Part shown: positions 9,676-20,573 of the stretch, in pieces
How the letters are laid out: each line of letters begins with the position of its first letter
Numbering within the stretch: position 1 is the stretch's first letter
DNA from: an uncultured Clostridia bacterium
GTDB taxonomy: Bacteria > Bacillota > Clostridia > TANB77 > CAG-508
NCBI GenBank assembly: GCA_934169725.1
Contig: CAKPOF010000002.1
Span: forward strand, 73,986-137,985
Direction of reading: 5' to 3'
Length of the DNA stretch: 64,000 nucleotides
Position numbers and translations under genes: made by a program
The notes under the pieces: generated by a model
What the model saw: only the letters and a program-made list of their open reading frames with translations
Database searches by the model: none
Told to the model about the DNA's origin: nothing

Positions 9676-11421
9676 ATGAAAAAGAAAAGTATAATAATGA
9701 TAATATTAGTATTACTAGTAATCATAGGAATTTTTTCAATATATGTATATAAAAACATTCAAAAAAATGATAGAAAGTATGATATTGAAAATATAGATAT
9801 AAGTGAATATCAATATTTTGCATTAAAACAAGATAGTAAATATGGTGTTTTAAATAAAAATGGTGATGTTATTATAAAACCAGAATATACAAATATAGTT
9901 ATACCAAATCCTAAAAAAGATGTATTTGTTTGTTATAATGATGAAAATACAAAAGTTTTAAACCAAAATGGGGAAGAATTGTGGAATCAATATGAAAAAA
10001 TTGCACCAATAAAATTAAAAAATATTGCAAATAATTTAATGTATGAAAAAAATATTTTAACTTATGAAAAAGATGGAAAAATTGGATTAATAAATATAGA
10101 AGGTAAAAATATAACAAAACCAATATATGAATCAATTGAAGGATTACCATATAAAGAAGGAGAATTATTAGTAAAACAAAATGGAAAATATGGTGTATTA
10201 AACAATAAAGGAAAATATTTGGTGCATGCAGATTATGATCAAATATTAGTAGATAATTATAATACTGAAAAAGATGGATATAAAAATGCAGGATATATCA
10301 TATCTAACACAACTGATAATGGATATAGATATGGATATATGGATGTTAACGGAAAAGTTATATTAAAACCAGAATATAATGAAATTTCAAGAATAGTTGA
10401 TATAAATGATGAAAAAAATGTATATTTAATTGCAGCTGAAAATGGTCAATATGGAATGTTTAAAAATGATGAACAAATAATAAAAAATGAATATCAATCA
10501 ATATCATATAATAGTGAAAATAATACATTGATTTTAGAAAAAACAAAAAAATTTGGAGTTGCAACAATTGATGGAAAAATTATTATACCAATAGAATATT
10601 CCCAAATAGATAGCACAGGTGAATATATATATGCCACAGATAAAGATTCAAATGTTCAAGTATATGAAGAAGATGGAACAAAGGTATCGGTTGATAGCAA
10701 TATATATCTAACTAAAACAACAAATGATAATTACAAAATAAAAATTGATAATTCACAAGGTTCAAAATATACAATAACAGATAAAAATGGAAAAGAATTA
10801 ACAAAAGGTAATTACACATATATAGAATATTTGTATGACGATTATTTTATTGTGTCAATAGCTGGGGGAAAAGTTGGAGTAATTAATATAAAAGAAGAAC
10901 CTATTATAGATATAAAATATAATTCTGTAGAAAAGATACAGGATACAGATTATATTGTAACGAGATTAACAGAAAGTAATACTACACAATTATATAATAA
11001 AAAACTAGAAATGATATGTGAAATGTCAGGAGCTGTAATAGACAAGAAAAATAATTATATTAAAATATATAATGATGAAGAAACTAAATATTTTGATATG
11101 AATGGAAAAGAAATAGAAAATACAAAAGTCCTACCAGAACAAAATATTTATGCAAAAGAACAAAATGGAAAATGGGGATTTGTGGATAAAAATGGAAAAG
11201 TAGTTGTAGATTATAAATATGAAAAAGTAACAGATTTAAATTCATATGGTTATGCAGGAATAAAAGAAAATGGAAAATGGGGTGTAATAGATTCTAATGG
11301 AAAAGTAGTTTTACAACCTAAATATGAATTTAATGTCAAAACAGAACCTGAATTTATAAAGCAATACTATAAAGTTGAATATGGATATGGAGAGTTTTAT
11401 TATACAAATCAAGATAATTAA
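9676..11421 (+). CDS. Membrane-anchored WG-repeat (KWG) protein
   Basis: N-terminal TM; repeated NGKYGVLN / DGKIGLIN / NGKWGFVDKNGKVVV motifs. Confidence 0.75.
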   Translation: MKKKSIIMIILVLLVIIGIFSIYVYKNIQKNDRKYDIENIDISEYQYFALKQDSKYGVLNKNGDVIIKPEYTNIVIPNPKKDVFVCYNDENTKVLNQNGEELWNQYEKIAPIKLKNIANNLMYEKNILTYEKDGKIGLINIEGKNITKPIYESIEGLPYKEGELLVKQNGKYGVLNNKGKYLVHADYDQILVDNYNTEKDGYKNAGYIISNTTDNGYRYGYMDVNGKVILKPEYNEISRIVDINDEKNVYLIAAENGQYGMFKNDEQIIKNEYQSISYNSENNTLILEKTKKFGVATIDGKIIIPIEYSQIDSTGEYIYATDKDSNVQVYEEDGTKVSVDSNIYLTKTTNDNYKIKIDNSQGSKYTITDKNGKELTKGNYTYIEYLYDDYFIVSIAGGKVGVINIKEEPIIDIKYNSVEKIQDTDYIVTRLTESNTTQLYNKKLEMICEMSGAVIDKKNNYIKIYNDEETKYFDMNGKEIENTKVLPEQNIYAKEQNGKWGFVDKNGKVVVDYKYEKVTDLNSYGYAGIKENGKWGVIDSNGKVVLQPKYEFNVKTEPEFIKQYYKVEYGYGEFYYTNQDN

Positions 11422-11427
11422 TAAAAA

Positions 11428-11463
11428 AAGAATCAAATATTTTTATGTTTGATTCTTTTTTAT
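11428..11463 (+). terminator. Rho-independent terminator after the WG-repeat gene
   Basis: aagaatcaaa...tttgattctt followed by tttttt. Confidence 0.65.
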
Positions 11464-11513
11464 AGTATTTTTTTAAAATTTAATATGTATTATTTTTAAA
11501 ATGTTCATTAATT

Positions 11514-11664
11514 AAAGTTCAATATTTATTATTTTTTTTCATACTTTGGTGTCGCAAACTGCATATTAAAATTACTAGTATGTAGTTTGCTCCAAATCGC
11601 ACTCACTATCGTTCGTTTGGTCGCTTACGCAGTATGAAAAAAATAATAAATATTGAACTTTAAT
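11514..11664 (+). repeat. Intergenic repeat element, copy 4 (full, with TIRs)
   Basis: TIR aaagttcaatatttattatttttttt / gaaaaaaataataaatattgaactttaat bracket catactttggtgtcgc, the hairpin caaactgcatat..atgtagtttg, and tccaaatcgcactcactatcgttcgtttggtcgcttacgcagtat. Confidence 0.85.
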
Positions 11665-11782
11665 TTAAAACATAACAATATAAATATCATTAATATTAAT
11701 TTATGTTATTACAATAAAATGTTTAAATTAATATTATAGAGTAAATACTTATAAAGAATAAAAAAAGAAAAAAGGTGAATTT

Positions 11783-12631
11783 ATGAAATTAGGAGTTGCA
11801 TTGTCAGGAGGAGGGGCAAAAGGAATTGCACATGCTGGAGTGCTAAAGGCTTTACAAGATAGTAATATCGAAATAAGTGCTATAGGTGGAACCAGTTCTG
11901 GTGCATTTATAGCATGCATGTATGCTTTAGGCTATTCTCCAGAAGAGATGTATGAAATATTTAAAATATATTCTAAAGAAATGGTAGAAGAGGAAAAAAA
12001 GGGAAAAATAGGTAAAATAAATAAGATATTTAATTTTAAAAGTACGGGTTTTAGAAAAGGTGAAAATATTGAAAAAATTTTTAATAGATTATCAGAACAG
12101 AAAGGAATAAAAAATATATCACAAATACAAACATTACCAATATCAATACCAGCAGTTGATATAAAAGATGGTAAAGAGTATATTTTTACTAATAATATTT
12201 CTTCAGATGCCAAAGTATATAAGAAATATATAACTGATATTCCCATTGGAAAAGCATTAAGAGCCAGTAGTAGTTTTCCAGCTTTATTTTGTCCTTGCGA
12301 TTTTAAAGAACATAAATTTTTAGATGGAGGAGCTTTAAATAATATACCAGTTTTAGAGGTAAAAAGGCAGGGAGTAGATAAAGTTTTGGCAATAAATTTT
12401 AAGGCAGATGATATAACAAATAGTAGTAATTATATGGATATAGCAATGAGAACAATTGACTTAATGGGAAACAAAATATCTGAAAAAAATTTAAAGATGA
12501 GTGATTATGTTATAACACTAGAGTTAGAAAAAACGGGATTGTTAGAAATCAACAAATTGGAGAAATGTTATGAACAAGGATATTATCAAACTATAAATAA
12601 AATAAATGAGATAAAAGAAATAATCGAGTGA
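11783..12631 (+). CDS. Patatin-like phospholipase
   Basis: GGGAKGIAHAGV oxyanion motif and GTSSGA (GxSxG) lipase motif. Confidence 0.85.
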   Translation: MKLGVALSGGGAKGIAHAGVLKALQDSNIEISAIGGTSSGAFIACMYALGYSPEEMYEIFKIYSKEMVEEEKKGKIGKINKIFNFKSTGFRKGENIEKIFNRLSEQKGIKNISQIQTLPISIPAVDIKDGKEYIFTNNISSDAKVYKKYITDIPIGKALRASSSFPALFCPCDFKEHKFLDGGALNNIPVLEVKRQGVDKVLAINFKADDITNSSNYMDIAMRTIDLMGNKISEKNLKMSDYVITLELEKTGLLEINKLEKCYEQGYYQTINKINEIKEIIE

Positions 12632-12678
12632 AGTCAGCATAAAATATCTTAAGAAGATTTTATAGAGGTGAAGTTTTA

Positions 12679-13821
12679 ATGAAAACAAGATATTTTGATA
12701 ATGCTGCTACAACAAAAGTAAAAGAAGAAGTGATTGAAAAGATGTTTCCATATTTAGTAGAAGAGTATGGGAATCCATCATCATTATATAAAAAGGGGAG
12801 AACAGCCAAAATTGGAATAGAAGATGCAAGACAAAAAGTTGCAGATTTAATTAATTGTGAAAAAAATGAAGTTTTTTTTACTAGTGGTGGAACAGAAAGT
12901 GATAATACTGCTTTGAAAGGAATAATGCATTTAAGTGAAAATAGTAAAAAGCATATAATAACAACAAAAATTGAACATCCAGCAATATTAAATAGTTGTG
13001 CGACTTTAGAAAAAGAGGGATATGAAGTAACGTATTTAAATGTAGATAAAGATGGTATGGTTGATTTAGAAGATGTTGTAAATAATATAAAAGAAAATAC
13101 AGTTTTAATAAGTATAATGTATGCTAATAATGAAATAGGAGTTATTGAACCTATAGAAAAAATAGGAGAAATTGCTAGAAAAAGAGGAATTATATTTCAT
13201 ACAGATGCGGTTCAGGCTTGTGGAAATGTGGATATAGATGTTAAAAAGCAAAATATCGATATGTTATCCATTTCAGGACATAAAATAGGAGCTCCAAAAG
13301 GAATAGGTGCAATATATGTAAAAAATTGTATAAAATTTAATAATTTTATAGATGGAGGTCATCAAGAAAAAGAAAAAAGAGCAGGTACGGAAAATGTAGC
13401 TGGAATTGTTGGACTAGGAGAAGCATGTAAAATTGCAAAAAATAATATGGAAAATCATATTATGAAATTAAAAAAAATGAGAGATTATTATTTTTCAGAA
13501 ATGAAAAAAGAGATTGCTGATATAAAAATAAATGGATCATTAGAACAAAGATTACCAGGAAATAGTAATATATCATTTAAAAATATAAATGGAAGTGAAC
13601 TATTGTTAAAGCTAGATGAAAAAGGAATATGTGCATCAGCTGGTAGTGCATGTTCTTCTGGAAATAGCACACCATCACATGTATTAACTGCAATAGGAGT
13701 TGATAGTGAATATGCAGAAGGAACTTTAAGGGTAACTTTTGGAGATGAAAATACACAAGAAGATTTGGAATATTTAATTAAAAATTTAAAAGATATAGTT
13801 AGGAATTTAAAAAATAAATAA
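12679..13821 (+). CDS. nifS: Cysteine desulfurase (NifS/IscS class V aminotransferase)
   Basis: FDNAATT...SGHKIGAPKGIGAIYV PLP-lysine region and the SxxCSSG active-site cysteine loop. Confidence 0.85.
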   Translation: MKTRYFDNAATTKVKEEVIEKMFPYLVEEYGNPSSLYKKGRTAKIGIEDARQKVADLINCEKNEVFFTSGGTESDNTALKGIMHLSENSKKHIITTKIEHPAILNSCATLEKEGYEVTYLNVDKDGMVDLEDVVNNIKENTVLISIMYANNEIGVIEPIEKIGEIARKRGIIFHTDAVQACGNVDIDVKKQNIDMLSISGHKIGAPKGIGAIYVKNCIKFNNFIDGGHQEKEKRAGTENVAGIVGLGEACKIAKNNMENHIMKLKKMRDYYFSEMKKEIADIKINGSLEQRLPGNSNISFKNINGSELLLKLDEKGICASAGSACSSGNSTPSHVLTAIGVDSEYAEGTLRVTFGDENTQEDLEYLIKNLKDIVRNLKNK

Positions 13822-13907
13822 AAGCTGTAAAAAATACAATTAAGAAAATTGTTATAATTTACAACTTATTATAAATTTGAATATTATACTTTGTATAAAT
13901 AATTATT

Positions 13908-15569
13908 TTATATACTAGAAAAGTCAAAATTTGTATAAATTATTAAGGCTTTCCGATTTGTTTTAGTGGAATTTCCTAAGATGGAAAGACTTATTTTTAT
14001 TCCATCAACAGCAGCAGACATTATTCCGCCAGCATATCCAGCACCTTCACCGCAAGGATATATGCCATCAATATTTGATAAAAATGAAGAATTTCTTATG
14101 ATTTTTACAGGAGAAGAACTACGAGTTTCAACACCTGTTAGAATTGCATCAGGATTAGCAAATCCTGATAATTTTTTATCAAAGTATAAAATACCTTCTT
14201 TTAGTGTTGAAGACACAAAAGATGGTAATATATCATTTAAATTAGACAAGGTTGTGCCTGGTAAATATGAAGGAACAATATTACCAATTTTAGAAGATGC
14301 TTTATTTTGCAAAAAGTCTTCAATTCTTTGAATAGGTGCATTATAATTTGAACCACCTAATTTAAATGCCTTTTCTTCTAAATTTTGTTGAAAGTAAATT
14401 CCAGCCAAAGGAGAAGAATCATTAAAATCATCTGGAGTTACATTAACAAGCAAAGCAGAATTGGCATTTTTACCATTTCTAGCAAAATTACTCATACCAT
14501 TTGTGACAATCGTGTTTTTATCACTTGATGAAGCCATAACAGAACCACCGGGACACATGCAAAAAGTATAACAAGAACGACCAGAAGGTGAATGATAAGA
14601 AAGTTTATATTCAGCAGGTGGTAATTTTAAATGTGTACTATTTCCATATTGTGCAATATTAATGTCAGTTTGAGAATGCTCAACTCTAACACCAACTGAA
14701 AAGTTCTTCTTTTCAAGTTGTAATCCATTTTTATACAATAATTCAAAAGTATCTCTAGAGCTATGCCCGATAGCTAAGATTAATCTTGAAGTTGGTATAG
14801 TAAATATAGAATCATTTACAAGGTCATGTAGTTTTACAGAAGTAATTTTATTATTTGTAGATTCAAAATCTATGAATTTGGTATTAAAATAAAATTTACC
14901 TCCTTTAGAAATTATATAATTACGCATAGATTTAAGAATATTTATGAGATTATCAGTACCAATATGTGGTTTTGATAAATATAAAATTTCTTGGGGAGCA
15001 CCGAACTTAACAAATTCTTGCAAAACTTTTTTACATAATGGATTATTAATTCCAGTAGTAAGTTTACCGTCAGAAAATGTACCGGCACCACCCTCACCAA
15101 ATTGAACATTTGATGAAGTATTTAAAATCCTATTTTTTAAAAGATTGTCAATATCTTTTTTTCTATCATCCACTTTTTTTCCTTGTTCAATAATAATGGG
15201 AGAAATACCATTTTGAACTAATGTTAATGCTGAAAAAAGACCAGCTGGTCCAGAACCAACAATAACGGGAGAATGTTCAGATTTTAAAGATTTTATTACA
15301 TTAAAATCTAATTTTTCTTTAATTATTTTTTCTATATCAATAGGATGTATTTTTTCAAATTTATGATATTTATTTTCATCTTTTACAAATATATCAAGTG
15401 TATAATTAAAAAATATATCATTTTTCTTTCTAGCATCAATAGATTTTTTGAATATTTTCCAATTTACAATATCAGAAAAATTTATATGATATTTTTTGCA
15501 TACATGTTTAATTAAATTTTCATCAGAAATATTTTGACGTATTTTTATATTATTAATTCTTAGCATAAT
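13908..15569 (-). CDS. FAD-dependent dehydrogenase (COG2509-like, NAD(FAD)-utilizing)
   Basis: VIVGSGPAGLFSA Rossmann motif and conserved C-terminal GEGAGYAGGIMSAAVDG. Start set at MLRINN (RBS aaggag, 6 nt spacer) rather than the longer ORF. Confidence 0.75.
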   Translation of the reverse strand: MMLRINNIKIRQNISDENLIKHVCKKYHINFSDIVNWKIFKKSIDARKKNDIFFNYTLDIFVKDENKYHKFEKIHPIDIEKIIKEKLDFNVIKSLKSEHSPVIVGSGPAGLFSALTLVQNGISPIIIEQGKKVDDRKKDIDNLLKNRILNTSSNVQFGEGGAGTFSDGKLTTGINNPLCKKVLQEFVKFGAPQEILYLSKPHIGTDNLINILKSMRNYIISKGGKFYFNTKFIDFESTNNKITSVKLHDLVNDSIFTIPTSRLILAIGHSSRDTFELLYKNGLQLEKKNFSVGVRVEHSQTDINIAQYGNSTHLKLPPAEYKLSYHSPSGRSCYTFCMCPGGSVMASSSDKNTIVTNGMSNFARNGKNANSALLVNVTPDDFNDSSPLAGIYFQQNLEEKAFKLGGSNYNAPIQRIEDFLQNKASSKIGNIVPSYLPGTTLSNLNDILPSFVSSTLKEGILYFDKKLSGFANPDAILTGVETRSSSPVKIIRNSSFLSNIDGIYPCGEGAGYAGGIMSAAVDGIKISLSILGNSTKTNRKALIIYTNFDFSSI

Positions 15570-15682
15570 AAACTCCTTAAATTTAATAAATATATTATAT
15601 AATAATGGGATGTAATTAGCAATACATGTATTTCCAAACAATAGAATATATTATAAAATTATATCATAAGGAAGTGATAGTA

Positions 15683-16120
15683 ATGATAGAAACTAGACAA
15701 AATTCATATTTAGTTAGATATGCAGTTAAATTACTTATATTTACTGAAATATTTATGTTTATGACAATAATTATCCTATATGGTACTTTAGAAAAAATAA
15801 TTCCAACATTTTTGGAAAAAATATTATATGGATACATGAGTATTACTGGATATTTACAATATATAATACATTTTAAAAATGCAAAAATATATTTTTTTGA
15901 ATTATCTGCAATCAATAATAAGAAAATAAAAAATGCTTTTTGTATAGGATTGAATGAAAATAATATAAAGAAATTTAAAAAAGGATTAATAAATTATAAA
16001 TTTACTTATACATTTGATGATGGATTAAAAACAATAATTCAAATTCCTAAAAAGGTAAATAAATTATATTTGCAAAGTCAATATGCAGAAAAATTTTTTA
16101 ACGAATATATAGAAGGATAA
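15683..16120 (+). CDS. Hypothetical small membrane protein
   Basis: ORF with RBS aaggaag, one predicted TM and no recognisable motif. Confidence 0.4.
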   Translation: MIETRQNSYLVRYAVKLLIFTEIFMFMTIIILYGTLEKIIPTFLEKILYGYMSITGYLQYIIHFKNAKIYFFELSAINNKKIKNAFCIGLNENNIKKFKKGLINYKFTYTFDDGLKTIIQIPKKVNKLYLQSQYAEKFFNEYIEG

Positions 16121-16233
16121 TTTAAATACAATATTTGTAGAAGATTTGTTTTCTTAGAATAAATGAAAAGTTCTAATAGTTCCCTAATGCGAATACAATT
16201 AAACAAAAAATATTCGCAATGGGGGTTTACTTT

Positions 16234-16497
16234 ATGAATGGAGTATCAATAGAAGAACGTGCATGTAAATTGGCACAATATATAATAGATTCAAAAGATA
16301 CAGTGCGAGGAGCAGCAAAAAGATTTGGAGTAAGTAAAAGTACAGTACATAAAGATGTTTCTGAAAGATTAAAAAAAATAAATCCTAGTTTAGCACATGA
16401 AGTAAGAAAAATCCTAGATGAAAATAAGGCAGAAAGGCATATACGAGGAGGGATGGCAACAAAATTAAAATATAGTCACCGACATAAGAAAGATTAA
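16234..16497 (+). CDS. spoIIID: Stage III sporulation protein D (DNA-binding)
   Basis: GVSKSTVHKDV...HIRGGMATKLKY is the SpoIIID HTH signature; about 88 aa. Confidence 0.85.
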   Translation: MNGVSIEERACKLAQYIIDSKDTVRGAAKRFGVSKSTVHKDVSERLKKINPSLAHEVRKILDENKAERHIRGGMATKLKYSHRHKKD

Positions 16498-16570
16498 ATA
16501 ATAGAAATTAATATCACCATTCTACAAAAAATGACATAAAATATAATAGCTTTATTTTGAGGTGATATTA

Positions 16571-17380
16571 ATGAAAAGAATAAAAGTTGGTGATATAGTA
16601 AGTAGAAAATCATATAATAATGATATTTTATTTAGAGTAAAAAGGATATTAAATAAAAAAAATGACAAAATTGTGATATTATCAGGAGTAATAGAAAGAG
16701 TAGAAGCAGATTGCAATATAAAAGATTTAGAATTAGCAAGCAGTGATAGAGTAAACAATGATTTGCTATATATCCAAGGAAGAATAGATAATAAAGCAGG
16801 TAATAAACTAGAAGGAAAAAGGACACAGTATATAATAACTGGTAAAATATTGCATTTAGATGGAGATAGAAAATATAGTGAAAAATCATATCGATATTAT
16901 AAAAAATTAGGATTAAATGCTATAGTTAAAAATATACCTGAATATAAACAATCAAAAGTTGTTTATAATTTATTAAGAACATATGAACCAGATATATTAA
17001 TAATAACTGGTCATGACGGAATGATAAAAAATTCAACAAGATATAATGATTTGGGTAATTATCGAAATTCAAAATATTTTATAGAAACAGTAAAAGAGGC
17101 AAGAAAATATGATAAAGAAAAAAACAACAATTTAGTTATATTTGCAGGGGCTTGTCAAAGCTATTTTGAGGCACTTATATCAGCTGGTGCAAATTTTGCA
17201 TCATCACCTGGAAGAATATTAATAGATTTTATTGATCCATTAATAGTGGCAGAAAAAGTTGCTATAACAGAAAAATATAAATATATAACAATAGATGATA
17301 TTGAAGATGAATTACGTGATGGAAAAAAAGGAATAAATGGAATTGGTGCAAACGGAAAAATGTATAGAATAATAAAATAA
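16571..17380 (+). CDS. yabG: Sporulation-specific protease YabG
   Basis: Whole-length YabG-family similarity (IKVGDIVSRKSYNNDI...TGHDGM...FAGACQSYFEAL). Confidence 0.8.
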   Translation: MKRIKVGDIVSRKSYNNDILFRVKRILNKKNDKIVILSGVIERVEADCNIKDLELASSDRVNNDLLYIQGRIDNKAGNKLEGKRTQYIITGKILHLDGDRKYSEKSYRYYKKLGLNAIVKNIPEYKQSKVVYNLLRTYEPDILIITGHDGMIKNSTRYNDLGNYRNSKYFIETVKEARKYDKEKNNNLVIFAGACQSYFEALISAGANFASSPGRILIDFIDPLIVAEKVAITEKYKYITIDDIEDELRDGKKGINGIGANGKMYRIIK

Positions 17381-17483
17381 AAAAATGTAACAAAAATGAA
17401 ATATAAATGTAAAATAAAAGTAATAAACATTAAAAAACATTGAAAAACAAGCAAAGACAGGATGCTTTAAAAAAATACTTTTT

Positions 17484-17512
17484 TTGACAATTATCCCTTG
17501 AAATGCTATAAT
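17484..17512 (+). promoter_or_regulatory. Consensus sigma-A promoter upstream of veg
   Basis: TTGACA (17484-17489), a 17-nt spacer, then TATAAT (17507-17512). Confidence 0.7.
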
Positions 17513-17541
17513 TAAGCCATCTTAAGGGAGTAGGTGATAGC

Positions 17542-17841
17542 GTGATTTGTAAAAATGACATAACAAATCTAAAAACTGACATCTTAGAAAAAGTAGGGCA
17601 AAAGATAATAGTAAAAGGTTCTTTAGGTAGAAGTAAAGCCTTTGAAAAAGAAGCTACGATAGAAAAAGCATATCCAAATATTTTTGTTGTTAAATATGAG
17701 GAAAATAATAGAAATGTAACATATAGTTATACAGATGTTTTAACAAGAACTGTTGAGGTTGAGGTTTTTGATGGAGATTCATATAGTCCATTAATTCCAC
17801 CACCTGTTAACTTTAAAAAAAGAAAAACACATGAAATGTAA
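17542..17841 (+). CDS. veg: Veg protein (GTG start)
   Basis: DITNLKTDILEKVGQKIIVKGSLGRSKAFEKEATIEKAYPNIFVV matches the Veg family; RBS gggag upstream. Confidence 0.8.
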   Translation: MICKNDITNLKTDILEKVGQKIIVKGSLGRSKAFEKEATIEKAYPNIFVVKYEENNRNVTYSYTDVLTRTVEVEVFDGDSYSPLIPPPVNFKKRKTHEM

Positions 17842-17842
17842 A

Positions 17843-17872
17843 AGAAAACTGTAAAAGGTTTTCTTTTTTTTC
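17843..17872 (+). terminator. Rho-independent terminator after veg
   Basis: agaaaac...gttttct followed by tttttttt. Confidence 0.6.
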
Positions 17873-17941
17873 TTAAATATGTTCTAAATTCTACAAGCAT
17901 TAATATAATGAAAGTAAATAAGTCTAGTTAGGAGGTAAAAA

Positions 17942-19513
17942 ATGGTTGTAGATACAATAAAAGAAAATTTGAGAATAAATAAAAAAGTAGCAACAAAAAA
18001 AGAAATTATATTTGTTGAAGGTGATGTAATAGTTCCAGATGCAAAACCAGATGTTTTAAATGTAATTTGTACAAGTGGGGTGGTAAGTGTTTATAAAAAG
18101 GAAATTATAGATGAAAAAATAAAAATGGAAGGTCAAATTGATACATATATTATGTATATGTCAGATGATAATCAAGGCAATATAAGGGGAATAAATACGA
18201 GTTTAGAATTATCAGAAGTTATAAATATATCAAACATAACAAGTGAAATGAAAAGTAATATAAATTCTAAGATAAAAGAAATTGAGGCTAAAGTTGTAAA
18301 TGAGAGAAAGATATCAATTAAAGCGACACTAGAAATAAGCATAGAGTTTTTTTCAGAAGAAAATATCTCAATAATAAATAATTTAGAAAGTGAAAATGAA
18401 ATAAAAATGCTACAAGAAGAATTAGCTGTAAATTCATTAGTAGGAGAAGGAGAAACAAAAATATTTACTAAAGATAATATTGCTATAGATAATGCTGATA
18501 ATTTAATAGAAATTTTAAAAGTAGATATGAATATATGTAATAAAGATATAAAAATTAGTTACAACAAAGTATTAACAAAGGCGGAAGCAGAAATAAAGAT
18601 AATATATTTAACAGAAGATAATAGGATAAATAAAACAATATCAAAAATACCTATAATTGGTTTTATAGATATACCAGAAGTAAATGAAGGAAATCTTTGT
18701 GATTCTAATTATGAAATAAAAAATATAATGATAAAACCAAATTCTACTGAAGAACATTCTATATATGTAGAATTTGAAATAGGGGTTAATACTGTTGTAT
18801 ATACTCAAAAAACAATTAACATTATTCAAGATATATATAGTCCATGCGAAAATATTGATTTCAATAAAAAAACTGTTAGAGTTATATCACGTAAAGAACA
18901 AAAAGTGAATACTAAAGAAATAAAGGAAAGAATAAAAATTGAAGAATTAGAAGATAAAGATTTAATAGATGTAAATATAATTCCAAATATGACTAAAGAA
19001 AATATAGAAGGAAACCAAATTCAATATAGTGGAGAATTAGAGTTAAGGTTTATGATGATGGGAAATGACATGCAAATGGTAACAACTAGAAAAAATATTT
19101 CCTTTGAATATAATGTTGAAAATGTAAGTGATATAGATAATACTAATGTAAAAAGTAATATAGAAATAACAAATCAAGATTTTGTTATACAAGACAATGG
19201 AGAGATTTTGGTAAATGTAAAAATGATTTTTTATACAAACATAGAGAAAAATGCTAGTATAAATACTATTGATGAAATAGAAGTGAATGGAGAAAGAGAA
19301 GAGCAAGATTATAGCTTAATTATGTATATTGTAAAAAAGGGAGATAGCTTATGGAAAATTGCTAAAAAATATGGAAGTACAATTGAAGATATTGTGAACT
19401 TAAATGGTATAGAAGATCCAGAAGTTATATCTCCAGGACAAAAAATCTTTATACCAAGATACAGAAGAAATAAAATCAGTAAACAGCAACAATCAATGGT
19501 AAATTATGGATAA
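17942..19513 (+). CDS. LysM-domain protein with DUF3794-like repeats (SafA/spore-coat-assembly-like)
   Basis: C-terminal LysM IVKKGDSLWKIAKKYGSTIEDIVNLNGI...PGQKIFIP. Confidence 0.7.
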   Translation: MVVDTIKENLRINKKVATKKEIIFVEGDVIVPDAKPDVLNVICTSGVVSVYKKEIIDEKIKMEGQIDTYIMYMSDDNQGNIRGINTSLELSEVINISNITSEMKSNINSKIKEIEAKVVNERKISIKATLEISIEFFSEENISIINNLESENEIKMLQEELAVNSLVGEGETKIFTKDNIAIDNADNLIEILKVDMNICNKDIKISYNKVLTKAEAEIKIIYLTEDNRINKTISKIPIIGFIDIPEVNEGNLCDSNYEIKNIMIKPNSTEEHSIYVEFEIGVNTVVYTQKTINIIQDIYSPCENIDFNKKTVRVISRKEQKVNTKEIKERIKIEELEDKDLIDVNIIPNMTKENIEGNQIQYSGELELRFMMMGNDMQMVTTRKNISFEYNVENVSDIDNTNVKSNIEITNQDFVIQDNGEILVNVKMIFYTNIEKNASINTIDEIEVNGEREEQDYSLIMYIVKKGDSLWKIAKKYGSTIEDIVNLNGIEDPEVISPGQKIFIPRYRRNKISKQQQSMVNYG

Positions 19514-20204
19514 GATTTATTCTAGAACAAAAATAAAATTACCAAATTTGATAAAGGACTCAAAAAAATGGAAAAAAATATTAATAATTATAATATTAAT
19601 TATTATGATATTTTTTTCTATTGATATGACTATGAGTGCTGTAAATCCAATATTTGAAACTTTATGTGAAGATAAAGCTAAAAGTATAGCAACTATTGTA
19701 TCTAATGAACAAGCTACAAAAGTTATAAATGAATATAAATATGAAGATTTATTTTCAATTGAAAAAGATGTTAATGGTAACATTATAATGATAAAATCAA
19801 ATATAAATCCAATAAATGGTATAATTTCTGATGTTGGGCAAAAAATTCAAGAAGAATTAAATAAACAAGGAAGAAATAATATACAAATAGCATTGGGAAG
19901 TTTTACTGGTATAAAATTATTATCAGGAAGAGGACCAGGGATTAATATACAAATATCATCAATTGGAAATGTTGAAACAGATTTAAGAAGTGAATTTACA
20001 GAACAAGGAATAAATCAAACTTTACACAGAGTTTATTTACAAGTGGATTGCGAAGTAAGTATATTAACACCTTTTAAAGATATAGATAAAAAAATATCTA
20101 ATCAAGTATTGTTATTAGAAAATGTAATAATTGGAACAGTACCAAATACATATTACAATATAGAAGGAATAGATAAAAGCCAAGCAGTAGATATAATAGA
20201 ATAA
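19506..20204 (+). CDS. yunB: Sporulation protein YunB
   Basis: N-terminal TM plus YunB-family length and similarity; placed after a SafA-like gene in a sporulation context. Confidence 0.65.
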   Translation: MDKIYSRTKIKLPNLIKDSKKWKKILIIIILIIMIFFSIDMTMSAVNPIFETLCEDKAKSIATIVSNEQATKVINEYKYEDLFSIEKDVNGNIIMIKSNINPINGIISDVGQKIQEELNKQGRNNIQIALGSFTGIKLLSGRGPGINIQISSIGNVETDLRSEFTEQGINQTLHRVYLQVDCEVSILTPFKDIDKKISNQVLLLENVIIGTVPNTYYNIEGIDKSQAVDIIE

Positions 20205-20209
20205 TATAA

Positions 20210-20245
20210 AAACACAGAAGAATTTAAACTTCTGTGTTTTAAAAT
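20210..20245 (+). terminator. Rho-independent terminator after yunB
   Basis: aaacacagaag...cttctgtgttt. Confidence 0.65.
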
Positions 20246-20573
20246 ATTATCTCTTTGGTAATTACAAATGCTTATTTATAAACGTTTATGAGGATTTGTG
20301 TATATTGTATGAATATTAATAAATAACTTTTATATGTTATTAATAACGTTTTATTATAATTTTATATAATAAAAAAAATGAAAAAACTACCTATATTATT
20401 TATACAAGTATGAGATATTTTTATACTATATTTCAATTTCTTTTTATAATAGTTCTTTATACATATGAGTATATGAAAACTCTAGAATTTCTTCGAAAGC
20501 TCCTTTATGTTTTAGTAAAAATGTAATATATTATAAGTATTCTTTTATTATTTTTATCTGCCATACAGGGAAT

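Noticed and set aside
16121-16233. Sigma-E type promoter upstream of spoIIID (tctaata-13-gaatacaat)
   Set aside because: Plausible on biology, but the match to the -35/-10 consensus is weak (about 10/15). Not confident enough to list as a feature.
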